Counted from the whole stretch's first letter, positions 51,311 to 63,811 are shown. The stretch: DNA of 63,811 nucleotides, filler included, from Octopus bimaculoides (GCF_001194135.2; 6 parts of 4 records of this genome joined end to end with filler, not necessarily neighbours in it), one strand, 5' to 3'. Numbers and translations: made by a program. Notes: generated by a model not told the origin, from the letters alone.

Positions 51311-51967
51311 AAAATTAAATGTGAAACAATGACATGACATTACAATGATATATTCCTGACAAGAGAGATAGGTATAAAAAAAAAATAAAAGGAAGGAGAA
51401 AACAACCAAAAAAAAATAAAAAATAAGAATTCTATACGCTTTCTTATGTATCTTGATATATCTCAATAAAAAAATATATTACCTGGGGCATATGGAAATA
51501 TTATCAAAGTAGAAATGTCTTGAAATGGAAATAAACAAGATGCAAGATATAACTTTAAATACGGTGCTAATAATAATTGATGCACAGAATTGTGATAATA
51601 TTAACAGGATATGAATAATAAATATATATTTACTAAAATTTGGTTCTCAGTCATATATTCTGTCATTTAGATGCTTCAGTTTCTGAACTGCAGCCACGCT
51701 GGGGCACTTTGAATTGCTTATGTTGAAGAGATTGACCCCCGCCCCCAAAGACATGGTATTGACGTGTGTTGCCAAACCACTAAATAACGAAGACGTAATC
51801 AAACCAGCACCGGTTGTCAAGTGATGATCGGTTACGAACATAAGCAAAAAGATATACCCACACATTTATATATATAACGTGCTTCCACACAGTTTCCGTC
51901 TACCAAATTCATTGTCGTTTTCCGTCGTCGAAATCATCATCATCATCTTCTTCTTCTTCTTCTTCCA

Positions 51968-52590
51968 AGTAGATTACATCGACTCCAGTACTCAACTGGT
52001 AATTAATTTATGGACTCCGAGAGTATGATAAGCAAAGTCGACCTCGGCGGAGTTTGAACTCAGGACGAAATTGCGCTAAGCAATTTTCCTGGCTTGCTAA
52101 AGATTCTGCCAGCTCACTAGCTTGAGTTCTAATATATATACATATTGATTTCAAATTTTGGTGCACAGCCATGAAGTCCAGTGGAGGCGTAAGAAAGTAA
52201 ATTACATGGATCCCAGTGTCCCACTGGTACTTATTTTTTTCGACTTCGAAAGGATGAAAGGCAAAGTCTACCTCGTTGGAATTCGAAAACAGAATGTAAG
52301 GACGGATGAAATTGCGCTAAGCATTTTGCCCGGCGTGATAACGACTATACCAGCTCTGTTCTAATAAATATTATTTTCTACTCTAGGCACAGGGCCCGAA
52401 TTTTGGGGGAGTTGACCATTCAATTAGGTCGATCGCAGTACTCAACTAGTACTTAATTTATCGACCCCGAAAGGATGAAAGGCGAAGTCGACTTCGGCAG
52501 ATTTTGAACTCAGAATGTAAAGACGGACAAAATACCGCAACGCATTTCGTTCGGCGTGCTAACGTTTCTACCAGCTCACCGCCTTGCGTT
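51968..52590 (-). mobile_element. Three head-to-tail SINE family A copies
   Basis: The aaagtc(g/t)ac(c/t)tc core appears three times (about 52035, 52263, 52483) with upstream and downstream consensus. Confidence 0.85.
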
Positions 52591-53145
52591 CTAATAAATA
52601 GAAAGATAGATCCATTTCTTAACTGCTATAATGCTTTTATTTTTACATATATCAGATCTTTAGCCAGTCTCGGAGTATACTTTAAGTAGTTAGTATTGCT
52701 ATGTCAATGATTATTACACTGTAGCATTTTTGTCTACAAGAAACGCTTGCAGTCTTATTACCGTTTCTCAGCTTGCGGATGATGAAAAGCATTATCATGT
52801 TGCTATTTTCTAAGACTGCTGCATGTCCATAATGAAACCATATATCTTTTCCTTCAAGTTGTTGAAATGTATGTAAAGACGTTTTGCTAATGTACAAGAC
52901 TAAGATGTGGCATTTTTTGTTTGTTTCATTAAATACGCTCGGCTTGTGTCATTTGTCATGTATACTGTGGCAATTATTGATATGTCTATACGTAGCAGCT
53001 AATACTGCGTCATGCGCATTTCGGTTTCTACTGACATTTCCAGTTTCGATGTATATATCCAGGACAGAATGTTGTGAGTTATACATACATACAGGCATTC
53101 ATACACACGCACACAAACGCACACACACAGACGCACACGCACACA

Positions 53146-53191
<46 letters not shown>

Positions 53192-53259
53192 AACATATAT
53201 ATTTATGTGCATGCATTGATATTCACGGGTAAGATCCTGGGATCCATCTGTAGGACGTT

Positions 53260-53668
53260 TTTAAGCAGGTATGGAGAACAAAAACTGGACGATGCATGAT
53301 CAGGAACAATAACAAAATGCAACTGTAAATGTTTGTGACTCTAACTGTCATAGGTTTGTGAAAATCGTCACGTATGTGATTAGCAGCTACCGAAAAATAT
53401 CTTCAAGTTATTACCTCCCTTAGGCGACATGATGTTGCCGCAAAAACAAACGACAGTGCTATTCGGGGAAAAACTATCTCGGAATAAATATAGTGAATCC
53501 CCCTGTAATTGAATACGCAAGCAAATCCCAGCCCAAGAAAAACTGGGTTTGTATTGGAAGTCAACTGGAAGAGTAATCCTAACTGGCCGGATATTGTTGT
53601 TTGAAAACGTATGTACCATCATAGAGGTCCTGTGTCCTGCTGATGTAAATATCTCTTTGAAAATCAAA
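53260..53668 (+). mobile_element. RLE LINE C-terminal region (decayed zinc knuckle, RHD motif and endonuclease)
   Basis: CDSNCHRFVKIVTYVISSYRKISSSYYLP / RHDVAAK ... NWPDIVV / VCTIIEVLCPADVNISLKIK. Confidence 0.75.
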
Positions 53669-53836
53669 GTTGCAACAGCCAAATGCAACAATAAGTTCAA
53701 CGATAGAAAGATTTTCCCCCGTTAGAATAAACATAAGTTAGCGAAAGTACGCAATGCTGCTCGATTTAGGATAAGTGAAGGGAAAGAGTAAAGCCTTATG
53801 CCCACTTCCGAAACTTCCGGTGCATAGATTATTGTT

Positions 53837-54187
53837 GGCACTCCGTCGCTTACGACGACAATGGTTCCAGTTGATCCGATCAACGGAACAGCTGGCTCAC
53901 TCCACAGACACGTGTACCCTTAACGTAGTTCTCGGGGATATTCAGCGTGACACAGAGTGTGACAAGGCTGGCCCTTTGAATTACAGGCACAACAGAAACA
54001 GGAAGAAAGAGTGAGAGAAAGTTGTAGTGAAAGAGTACAGCAGGGTTCACCACTACTCCCTGCCGGAGCCTCGTGGAGCTTTAGGTGTTTTCGCTCAATA
54101 AACACTCAAAACGCCCGGACTGGGAATCGAAACCGCGATTCTTTGAGCGCGAGTCTGCTGCCCTAACCACTGGGCCATTGTGCTTCC
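53837..54187 (-). mobile_element. Full-length tRNA-derived SINE with flanking direct repeat (candidate TSD)
   Basis: Minus head ggaagcacaatggcccagtggttagggcagc...gtttcgattccc; tail shared with 14240-14400; cttccggtgcatagat at 53814-53829 and 54183-54198. Confidence 0.9.
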
Positions 54188-54293
54188 GGTGCATAGATAG
54201 ATAGAAAGAAAGAAAGAAAGAAAGAAAGAGAGAAAGAAAGAAAGAAAGAAAGAAAGGAAGAAAGATAGATAGATAGATAGATAGACATATACA

Positions 54294-54329
<36 letters not shown>

Positions 54330-55954
54330 TATGAGTGAGTATCTACTGATGCTGCTATCTCTGTCGCTACTGTAGGAGACCATCATTGAATCTGTGAGTC
54401 GGAGAGCAGACCTTTGGATCTCATGGGTTTCTTCTGCTACTAATAAGAATCAAGTCTATTTACCACCACAGAAGTTGTACCTACTGTTGACATATAATCG
54501 ACAATATCGAATTATTGTTGTTTAATGTCGTTTCTTGTCAAAAGTGAATATCGCAAGCCACAATTTTGCTCCTAGATATTGAAGATACACATATTACCCC
54601 ATCCTTCCCACAAGGTTTTTGATATTTTTCATAAACCTCCAACAAGGCTAGGCGCTGTTAACTCATTTTGATGTATGATTTTTAATGATTCTAACAATCC
54701 AAAACGCAACTAATATGAGGTAGTATTCGAGATAAGCCGATTAACAATGTATTAGTAATAAACAACTTACAAGAGATGAAACATAATTTTCTATATTACT
54801 AAGCTTGATTTCAAAGTTGCAATTTTGTAATTCCATTGTAGAATGATTTTACCGCAGTTATCAACCTTGGATGCTGAGTGGTAATGCTTTCATCTCCGCA
54901 CTGTTTAGCAGACAAAGTTATGATACTGACTTGTGGTTGAGTGGAATCATCAGGTGCATCATATGAAGCACCACATAACACCAAACGTTACACCTGCATT
55001 GACCATCATTCCATATTATGCAGCAAATGTGAAAACATGGCAGGTTTCAATAACTTCACAAAGTCCCCGACAGTAATGTCTTCGTCTTGCCTTCCCAAAT
55101 TCTGCGGTCCCACCTGATGAGGTTCTATGTGGTATATAATTGTGGTTTGCATTTTGAGCCCATTCTTCATTTAGCGGGTCACACATTACTTGCTATAAGC
55201 GTACTCTGTCTAAATGAAGTATATTTCATTCAGAATATCTACTACAGCTGTTACCAACTTGTTCGCAGATGGACCTACAAAGCAAAAAAAAGCAATTGTT
55301 TTAGTTGACAGAGACTTAAGTTAGCTTTTTCTTCCTTCTCCCCTCAAGGGCATTCATAGATAATCGTGGATCTCTGGCCCTCGTCGATCTAGAACATGTT
55401 TCCGAGATTTGAATCTATCGAGCAAGAGAAAAACTTTCGATGCTGCTGTTTAGATGAGAAGTGATACGTGCACGCATACTATTTTATAAAATTTTGTTCT
55501 GGCTGACAAGATGTCTACAATAGTTGTAGTTGAAATACAAGTTTTCTTTTTATTAGTGTTTGCTATNNNNNNNNNNNNNNNNNNNNNNNNNNNNNNNNNN
55601 NNNNNNNNNNNNNNNNNNNNNNNNNNNNNNNNNNNNNNNCCTGATAACGGAAGAGGGAAATAAAAATTTCGTATAAACAAAACAGCGACTTGATATTTCC
55701 TTTGAGAACCCTTGTAAAGGGATAAACCAAACGGTAAAATATGTGTGTGCGAAATTTTTTCGTACAAATAACATTTCAACAACTAACAACCTCCTTTAAA
55801 TCATTTTTTCTTTTTTGTTTCTGAGCGAGTTGAAAACTAAATATTTTCATGCAGTGAATGACGACGACGACGACGGCGATGATAATGTTGATGATGATGA
55901 TGACGATGATGATGACGATGATGGTGACGATGATGATAATGATGATGATGATCC

Positions 55955-56360
55955 TTTGTACTAAAGGCGCAAGGTCTGAAATTTGGAGACAGTGTTTCAC
56001 TGGTACGTAATTTATCGACCCGGAAAGGATGAAAGGCAAAGTCGACCTCGAAAGAATTTTAAATCAGACCATAACGACGGATGAAATGCCGCTAAGCATT
56101 TTCCCTGCGTGCTAACAATTCTATCAGCTCGCCACCTATTGATAATAATAGTAATCGTTTCTACTAAAGACACAAAGCCTGAAATTTTGGAGGCGTGGAT
56201 TAGTCGATTACATCGACACTAGTGCTCAACTGGTACATGATTTATTAACCCCGAAAGGATAAAAAGCAAAGTCGACTGCGGCAGAATTTAAACTCAGAAA
56301 GTAGCGACAGATGAAATAGCGATGAGCATTCCCTCCACTATTCAACTAGCTCACCGCCTG
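55955..56360 (-). mobile_element. Two tandem SINE family A copies
   Basis: ggaaaggatgaaaggcaaagtcgacctc and ccgaaaggataaaaagcaaagtcgactgc. Confidence 0.8.
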
Positions 56361-56369
56361 ATTTGGCGG

Positions 56370-56735
56370 AGCACTCTCTTCTCAGTAAGGGTCTGCGCTT
56401 CATGCCCTCACTCCATCCAGTAACGAATTTCAGACCGCGCTCATATTCAAAGCTTTGTGCGCCGCTTTAGACTATATGCACTATTCCACAACACTCCACC
56501 TTCATCTAATGAAGAGGACTGCTTCACCGACCATCCCACTGGACGCTAGCCCCTGGCCAGTTTCAGACTGTCGATCATTTTGCAAGCACCTGCTAACGTG
56601 TTGTAGATCGGTTTATCTTTTGCAGGCGTCCCCGACATTTTACCATCTCCCCGGTCGAATTCTAGGCACCTTCCATGTCTCCGAAGCCGCAAAGACACCA
56701 TCATAAAACCGGCTGAGTGGGTCATGTTGGTAAGT
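56370..56735 (+). pseudogene. PLE region N-terminal to the reverse transcriptase, frameshifted
   Basis: EHSLLSKGLRFMP ... QSFVRRFRLYALF ... WTLAPGQFQTVDHF ... LRSRKDTIIKPA, matching the S-L-L-S-K-G-L-x-F-x-P / F-x-R-R-x-R-L / D-I-I-I-K-P-A-D-K-G PLE signature. Confidence 0.75.
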
Positions 56736-57361
56736 GGGCTATGTTGTATTCTTTTAATCCCCCAAAATTACGGGTTGACACTCTTGAGATGTGATAGTAA
56801 TCCCATGTGAAATTTGATCTGATTTGGTTATGCTGTTTGGGAAGGCATTGCGAACAGAGATCCAAAAGAATATATATTTATTTATATATATATATATATA
56901 TATNNNNNNNNNNNNNNNNNNNNNNNNNNNNNNNNNNNNNNNNNNNNTTAATTAATTAANNNNNNNNNNNNNNNNNNNNNNNNNNNNNNNNNNNNNNNNN
57001 NNNTTCTAAGACATTTATTAATTGATAATTTTTTTCTGCCCAGTTACCTATCGGTATAGTGGTCATTTGCAAACTCCAGAGGCGACACTTTCATTTCCCT
57101 TTACTCCAAGCGTCACACGTTGTTATTTCAATTGGGTCATGCCCTTCCAATTGCTATAGATCCGTAATGCATCTTACAGCTAACCTGTCACCTGTATGGT
57201 GAGGAATCCTACATCGGGGTGTAGTAACGACTAGGCTAGGGTAACTGACTGATTATCGTGATCATTCGTCTTTTGGTTTCCTGTAGCTTTGCTCTCTTTT
57301 ACAAACCCAGTGAACATACATATATTTCCTATTTCAAAGAAATTCAAACAATACATATTAC

Positions 57362-58308
57362 ACCCAAGTTAAAAACATTCCCCAAAATTCAACTTCTCTG
57401 GTTGACATTAACACCCCCACCCCCAATAGGGGCCTTAACTCCCACATTTTTCAGCTCCATGAGCTCCATTTTTCAGGAGCAAAATCCTTTCTACAGGGTC
57501 TATAACACTGGAATTTTGGAATGTGCGCATAGATATCAGATATATAAATATGAGAATGTGTGTCTGTGTGAATCCCTAAAACTCGAGAACTACACAGCCA
57601 ATTTCATTCCAAATTAACACATGCCTTACTTAGGGTCCATGTAGTGTCTTAGGCCAAAACAATTTTTAACTTCTTGCATAGTTCGAGCCCACAGCAATAT
57701 CTTATCTCCTCCACTATTTCAGTATTATGTGTCAAAAATGAAACAATAACATCACTCTACTGTAATGTCAGATACTTTCACTTTAACACTGAAACTATTC
57801 CACTATTTCAGTATTACACGTTAAAAGTGAAACAATAACATGTCGCTACTGTAATTTCAAATACCTTCACTTTAATACTTTCGATTCCATACCGAAACTA
57901 TTAAAGTGAAACTATACTCTCACATATGTACAGGCATGCTATAAGACCAAAGTTAAAAACATTCCCAACAATTCAACTTCTCTGGTTGACATTAACACAC
58001 CCACCCCTAATAGGGGCCTTCATTCCCACATTTTAGAGCTCCATGAACTCCATTTTTCAAGAGCAAAATCCTTTTTACAGGTTCCAGAAGACTGAAATTC
58101 TGGAATATGCGCATAAAGATCAATAGTATGAGATACATGTCTCATGATTAGAATTATTTTTAGGGTATGTAAAGAGGGAAAAAACCCTCATGTGCAATTT
58201 TGATGAAATTCGAATGATATGTATTCCAGTTCCCTACACAAAATATAAGAGAAAAGTCTCATCCTTCATTTGCATGTAACACGGGCAACGCCGGGTATCT
58301 CTGCTAGT
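57362..58308 (+). mobile_element. Non-autonomous Helitron/DINE-like element with an upstream partial copy
   Basis: 3' end acgggcaacgccgggtatctctgCTAG|t (58281-58308); 57362-57535 duplicates about 57947-58120; internal 89-bp tandem (ccactatttc at 57711 and 57800). Confidence 0.7.
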
Positions 58309-58953
58309 GTAAATATGTATATATANNNNNNNNNNNNNNNNNNNNNNNNNNNNNNNNNNNNNNNNNNNNNNNTATATATACATACATACACACACACATA
58401 TATGTATTTATATTAGGCAGTGGGGCTTAGAATGTATATGTGTGTGTGCGTGCACGAATGAATATGATCATTCAGTCCAGAACTTTAATATTTTATAGGA
58501 TAGATAATTAAATCAGGAATGTTATATTTCCATTGGTTAACTAAAGATGAAAATCACACCTCCATATTTGTGAAAACATTGAAATGCGTAACCTTGAACA
58601 TATGCCAATGTGGTTCTCTTATAAATCTCTGCAGAACAGGCAATCGATTCCTCTTGATATTTTGCCCAAAACACGAAAAGTAATTTAGTTTTAGTTAAAA
58701 GTTTACTTCTTACCTTAGTTTCAAATATTTGGGCTTGCCTAGAGTTTTATATTATTCCTGGCAGTATATAGTTGTCAATTGCAGAATGGTAACTCAATGT
58801 GGTTGTTTTATTGCTATTAAAGTTGCTCATATTGATATTGCAGTTGCAAAAATAAATCGATGCAACACATATTTAACTGATATTTATTTTAGCGAAAAGA
58901 TTACACGTGTGAATGCATATGTGCGTATGTATGGGTATATATACATATATGAA

Positions 58954-59093
58954 GGCGGTGAGCTTGTAAAATCGTTAGCACGCCGGACAAATTGCTTAGC
59001 GGTTATACAGTCTGACAAATTGCTTCCGGTTATACAGTCTGAGTTAGAATTCCACTGAGGTCAATTTTACCATTCATCCTTTCGGAGTCGATA
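58954..59093 (+). mobile_element. SINE family A (degenerate, small internal duplication)
   Basis: ggcggtgagcttg...gttagcacgccgg...gaattccactgaggtcaatttt...tcatcctttcggagtcga. Confidence 0.75.
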
Positions 59094-59138
59094 ACATGTA
59101 AACATTAATTTCTTAGTCTTTATTTTATAGCTTTGATA

Positions 59139-59760
59139 ATGAGTGAGGAATAAATTGCTATTGGTACCATTTTACGCTACTTGTGGAAAAAAGCACAGCA
59201 AAAAAAATTAATCATGTGGAAGGCTCAGCAACTGCCACCGAACGTGTGGCACAATATCGGTTCAAAGTAGGTGATACCAGTTACAAAGAAAAATCAAGGC
59301 CAAGAAAACTTAATGCGAGAGATGAAGCATTGCTTGAAATAGTTGAGCAACAACCAATCACTCGTAGACTGTCGGCAGAAATTGTTTTTTCATAAAACAG
59401 CAACCAATCAACACCTCCATAAGCTCGGCCTTGTGAACTGACCTCATGAACTGTCCAATGACCGAGCTCAACGACTTGAGAACATTTGCAAACAACTGAT
59501 GGTAAACCCTCGGGATTTCCTTCTTTGTGTTGAATTGTAACTTGAGATGAAAAATGGATCTATTTACGAAATCCTAAAAAGAGAAATCAGTGGCTTCGTT
59601 CCGGACAGGCTTCAGAACCTGTCGTCAAACAAGGGCGGTTTCAAAAGAAGGTTATGTTGTCTCTTTTGGAGGATGTGTTGCGCATTGATCTTATAACAGG
59701 TGGTCGTTCTGTGAATGCTAACCTTTAGGGTCAACAACTGCTTTGAAAGTCCGCTATCCA
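59139..59760 (+). pseudogene. Mariner/Tc1-family transposase, decayed
   Basis: MSEE*IAIGTILRYLWKK ... RFKVGDTSYKEKSRPRK ... HLHKLGLVN*PHELS (WVPHEL-like) ... IVT*DEKWIY (first catalytic D) ... KKVMLS; stops and frameshifts; TIRs not identified. Confidence 0.88.
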
Positions 59761-61619
59761 GCATTGTATTTTTAATATCTTTAGTTACATAAACCGTGAG
59801 TTGTATGGTAAATGTCAGTTTATCGAAATTTCCATTCATTTCGCTATGATGCTTAATAAACTCTTTTTATCGTACATTGTCTACCGTTTGTCATATATAG
59901 TAGCTGTATACTTACTATACACACACATACATACATACACATATACATACATGCATACATACATACATACATACATACATACATACATGCATACATACAT
60001 ACATACATACATATATATATGTATATTGTTAATATTTGGGGATTGTCATTTTCTGTTTTTGTCAAACACACGCACTATTTCTTTGATCTTTACTTTAGCC
60101 TTATTATCACAGTTCTTTTGTCGCGCATTCTGTGACGTCTTCAGTGACTTTCTGTTCCTCGTGTATCTACTCCTGTCTATTCCACTTTGTCTTTCTGAGC
60201 TATGTAATCCTATCTGCCCATGCGTTTACATCTGTAGCTCTATGTATGTGTCTGAGCTAGGTATGTGTATGTGTATCATGTGTGTGTATAATGCTTTGTA
60301 TATTACACTGCTTGTACCCGTATCATTATTTTTTTCCTGGCCTTAGCCGTCAGTTGGCGGAATGCTTTGGAATTTGTGGGTGCGGGTATTATTACTCCTT
60401 TCGTGTTTTTTTCTTTTTTTAGGCTTGGTCTATTTTCTCAGATAACTAAGCTTTGATGACATTAAACACATCCTCACAATAGAATACGACGTCCACTTAT
60501 CACTGCTATGACGAATGGGTATTTATAACGCAGAGATATCGATAAATTCTGTGACCAACCACATACTCGTTTTCGTGTCACACTACGTTAATTTAAGACC
60601 TATATGCACTGGAACGCGCGCGCGCGCAAACACAAACATACACACACGTGCATTCACACAGTACAGTTATGCTTCTTGCGTAATTAAGTTACTGAAGATT
60701 GCCTCGGATTTCTTTGTGGCTTACTTTCTGTTATATCATCATCTGGAAATTTCCTAGAATTTCATTAGACTTTGTGCCTATATCAGGTTTATCTTCGTTG
60801 GCAGTATATGTGGATTTATGAGTATGTATGTACCTATGTATGTATGAATATATGAATGTATGTATGATATCGATAATGTATGTATGATATCTGACCAACT
60901 GCATACCTATTTTCAGCCATACTATATCATTTTAAGTTCTATATGCACTGGAACACACACATACACATGAACACATGTATAGAGTCATACATACATTCGT
61001 ACAATCCCTCTACGCAATGTTTCACAAACGCAAAATTACTTTGCGTTCTTCAAACTTTACGCCGAGGGATTATCTTTAACATGGATTTCTTTTAATCTGA
61101 AGAGGTAGCTTAATATCCTGTGTTGTGTCTCTATGGAAAAATAGTTGCTCATGTGCTACACATTGAAAAGTAAAAGAAATTGAAATACGATTACTTAATG
61201 CACTTCATATATATATACCTTATATACTTTATGCACATTTTCATAGACTTAATACATAGCACTCATAAAATAAATATTCGCTCTAATTTTTCCATTTCCC
61301 CCATAAACTCAAATAATTACAATTTAAAATTTAAGTGGTCATTTCATATCTAGAAAACCAAAAAATTATTGTGAAGCAAATTATTTTATATGTAAAATAT
61401 AGGAGTCACAATTTCAAGGAGCTAACAATTTAATGCAACATGGCATACTCTGAAAACCATATCGTTGGTAACTTGCAATCCAAGGTGATGAGTCAGAACC
61501 AATACACATTTCAATTTGTAGGTGAGATAAGAAAAATTTAGTTTAAAAAAATTACATTTCACTATGCACTCACCATCGCCACTGCTACCACCACTGCCAC
61601 CACCACCACCACCACCACC

Positions 61620-61778
61620 AGATTAAATATGCTATCAGATGTCCGGAATCTGATTCCGATTCCCCTGTTACAATCCTCAAATGCATACCAAAGCAATGTG
61701 GCAAAATATATAGAGAAAAGTGTAGGGGCAGGAATATCTCCCTGTTTTACAACGTTGTCCACTGAAGATTCATAGATC
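61620..61778 (-). mobile_element. RTE-clade reverse transcriptase fragment
   Basis: VKQGDIPAPTLFSIYFATLLWYAFEDCNRGIGIRFRTSDSIFNL matches the G-V-K-Q-G-x-x-x-A-P-T-L-F...G-I-x-I-x-x-R-x-D-G-x-L-F-N-L RTE motif. Confidence 0.85.
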
Positions 61779-62386
61779 NNNNNNNNNNNNNNNNNNNNNN
61801 NNNNNNNNNNNNNNNNNNNNNNTTAATTAATTAANNNNNNNNNNNNNNNNNNNNNNNNNNNNNNNNNNNNNNNNNNNNTATATATATATATATATATGGG
61901 TACAGAACGTCACAAACGTAAACAACATGAAATGCGAAAGCAACATTAAATACGAAATAAGAAAACAACTTGAAATGCAAAGACAAACTTGGGTATGCGA
62001 ACAACGAGTGGAACAAATGCAGAACAAGACAAGTAACATAAGGAACGACCCTTCATCAGGTGTCGGCTGCCCATCTACTCCTCATTTCGAGCAGTTAACG
62101 ACAACATGAGGCTTCGAAAGGCAGTTGCTCCAGCGAACCAAAACAAGATTTGGGATTTGCGGAGGATCAAAGTTGGTAACAAAAACAGGACAGTGGAGAC
62201 ATAACAAACCAAGCGAAAACAAACATAGAGGGTCATTAGGCTAGAATATTGTCATTCTCAAGAGAAAAGATAGAAGAGGAGACAGAAGCATGCGTCTGGT
62301 CCGTAAGAAAAGAAAGATGATCAAGTGAGGCAAAGAAAGATGGATGATGCCACGTGTGAGTAACGAGAGAGGAAGTAAAGGAGAAA

Positions 62387-62426
<40 letters not shown>

Positions 62427-63488
62427 AGTACAGGGTAGAGTCGCATCAAAATTATTAAGATAATCTTACTTGGAAATGGATGCGTGGCGTTCAATCATAT
62501 AATAATATATATAAATCCAAGAAAGTTAAGGGTTGTGAATCCAACCCAAGGGATAATATCTATCCAATATACTATTGCTATATATATAATATCTTCACAT
62601 TTGATTCCCAATTCTAATAATTTTTATGAAATTTTACATCTTTGTATAAGAATGCTCACTTTCTTAGTAAATATTGTTTTCATTATTTTATTATAATCAT
62701 AATCTCTATTTTTTAAATACACACCAAGGTAGTCCAACTACAGAGTGGGAAGCACTTTCTGAAGTTTTACCTTCATCTCAAAGCAACATAGAGATTTAAT
62801 TTCAGCAACCTACCTGTAAGCTTTGCAGTGTGTATGTGAGGGAGAGAGTGGGGAGAGGGAACATTGCAGACAATGAATGAAATAAACATGAAATGAAAAA
62901 TCGTATAAATAAAAGGGCGTAACTACAGATATATACACACTCAATTTTCTTGCCTCATAACATCCAGAAAAACGGATACATTTTAAGGAAATGTTCTTCA
63001 AATAACCCTTAAATGTTGTGGCTTCAAAATATGAAGGGGTTTATGGAAGAGAATTTTTCCGAGGGATGGAGAGAGGAGTTTGGTAAAATTCACATGACCC
63101 GACTTTTTTTCCCTCATAAATTCCGGGAAATGAGTATCTTTAATTGAAAAATTATACAATTACCTTTGAAAAATGAGTGATTTAAGGGAGATTTGACTGT
63201 TGCTTCTAGCACATCCCAAGACAACCCTCCACGTTTCTTTATTATTTTCGCATGTATTGATGTTTTTCAATATTCTTCTCTCCATAAATACATTTATATG
63301 CTAAAGAAAAGACAATTTGAAAAAAATATGAACTTTTTGCAACTCCACTCCTTGCCTCCGATTGTTTTTGACTATTAAAAATTAATATACTGGAGTACCT
63401 GAGAAGGTCATTGCTAGTATTTATGCACAGTAATTTTTAAAACGAGTTATGCAATAGCCACTTAAGTGTGGCTGACCCCTAGGGGTGG

Positions 63489-63667
63489 ATGTTACTGTTG
63501 CTTTTAGCCCCAGGAGGACATCTCCTCCAGCTGGCTTATCGACACACGACTGTGTCCTGTTTGCCAAGGGAGTTATCCCTCTCACCTCGGCCAGCAGCAC
63601 GAACGTATCCGTGTCGATAAGCCAGCTGGAGGAGATGTCCTCCTGGGGCTAAAAGCAACAGTAACAT
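63489..63667. repeat. Perfect 57-bp inverted repeat with a 65-nt spacer
   Basis: 63489-63545 atgttactgttgcttttagccccaggaggacatctcctccagctggcttatcgacac is the exact reverse complement of 63611-63667. Confidence 0.95.
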
Positions 63668-63811
63668 GATTTTTCTTACACACACACGGCTTCACTTGAT
63701 TAAGGTGGGGGTAAACATTTAGATTACAATTTTTTTTTTTTTGCTCATATTCCACCAATGAACCAAGCGGGTGTTACTTCGGCATTATTGTTCTATAAAA
63801 TATGTTTAATG

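Noticed and set aside
50956-51318. 120-aa acidic/poly-Met ORF
   Set aside because: It is the translation of a (GAT)n-derived repeat.
60535-61090. Faint direct duplication (tatatgcactggaac twice, about 340 bp apart)
   Set aside because: Similarity is patchy and interrupted by microsatellites; boundaries cannot be supported by eye.
62040-62062. Minus-strand CTGATGAAGGG hammerhead half-core (also ctgatgag near 20630 and ctgatgaagctc near 11275)
   Set aside because: No properly placed GAAAC, helix III or helix I, so a ribozyme cannot be supported, although the surrounding repeats may be pLTR-derived.

Overview
AT-rich eukaryotic non-coding DNA packed with microsatellites and N-gaps. No complete protein-coding gene is recognisable, and nearly all ORF-track entries are translated microsatellites or gaps. 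The SINE families resemble, from recall and not from a database search, coleoid cephalopod tRNA-derived SINEs, so the source is probably an Octopus draft assembly (inference). The window holds about 30 SINE copies from at least three families. Decayed retroelement remnants include restriction-like-endonuclease (RLE; R4/Dong-like) LINE 3' ends, several of them in (TAA)n tracts, plus RTE and CR1/L2 pieces and a CCHC gag-knuckle ORF1. There is also a mariner transposase pseudogene and two Helitron 3' termini. The most notable theme is Penelope-like elements (PLEs): two GIY-YIG endonuclease remnants, an RT N-terminal remnant, and several short, often inverted, pLTR-like segments carrying minimal type I hammerhead-ribozyme-like folds with non-canonical cores, including a CUGUUGA variant present in two copies. 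Other highlights are a perfect 57-bp inverted repeat, a 185-bp-arm foldback, a minisatellite rich in STAT/kB/HSE-like motifs, a CR1-derived 56-bp minisatellite, an RLE/GIY-YIG chimeric junction, a CpG-rich island at 16-17 kb and one candidate 103-nt exon. All family assignments come from manual motif recognition, and boundaries and identity values are by-eye estimates.
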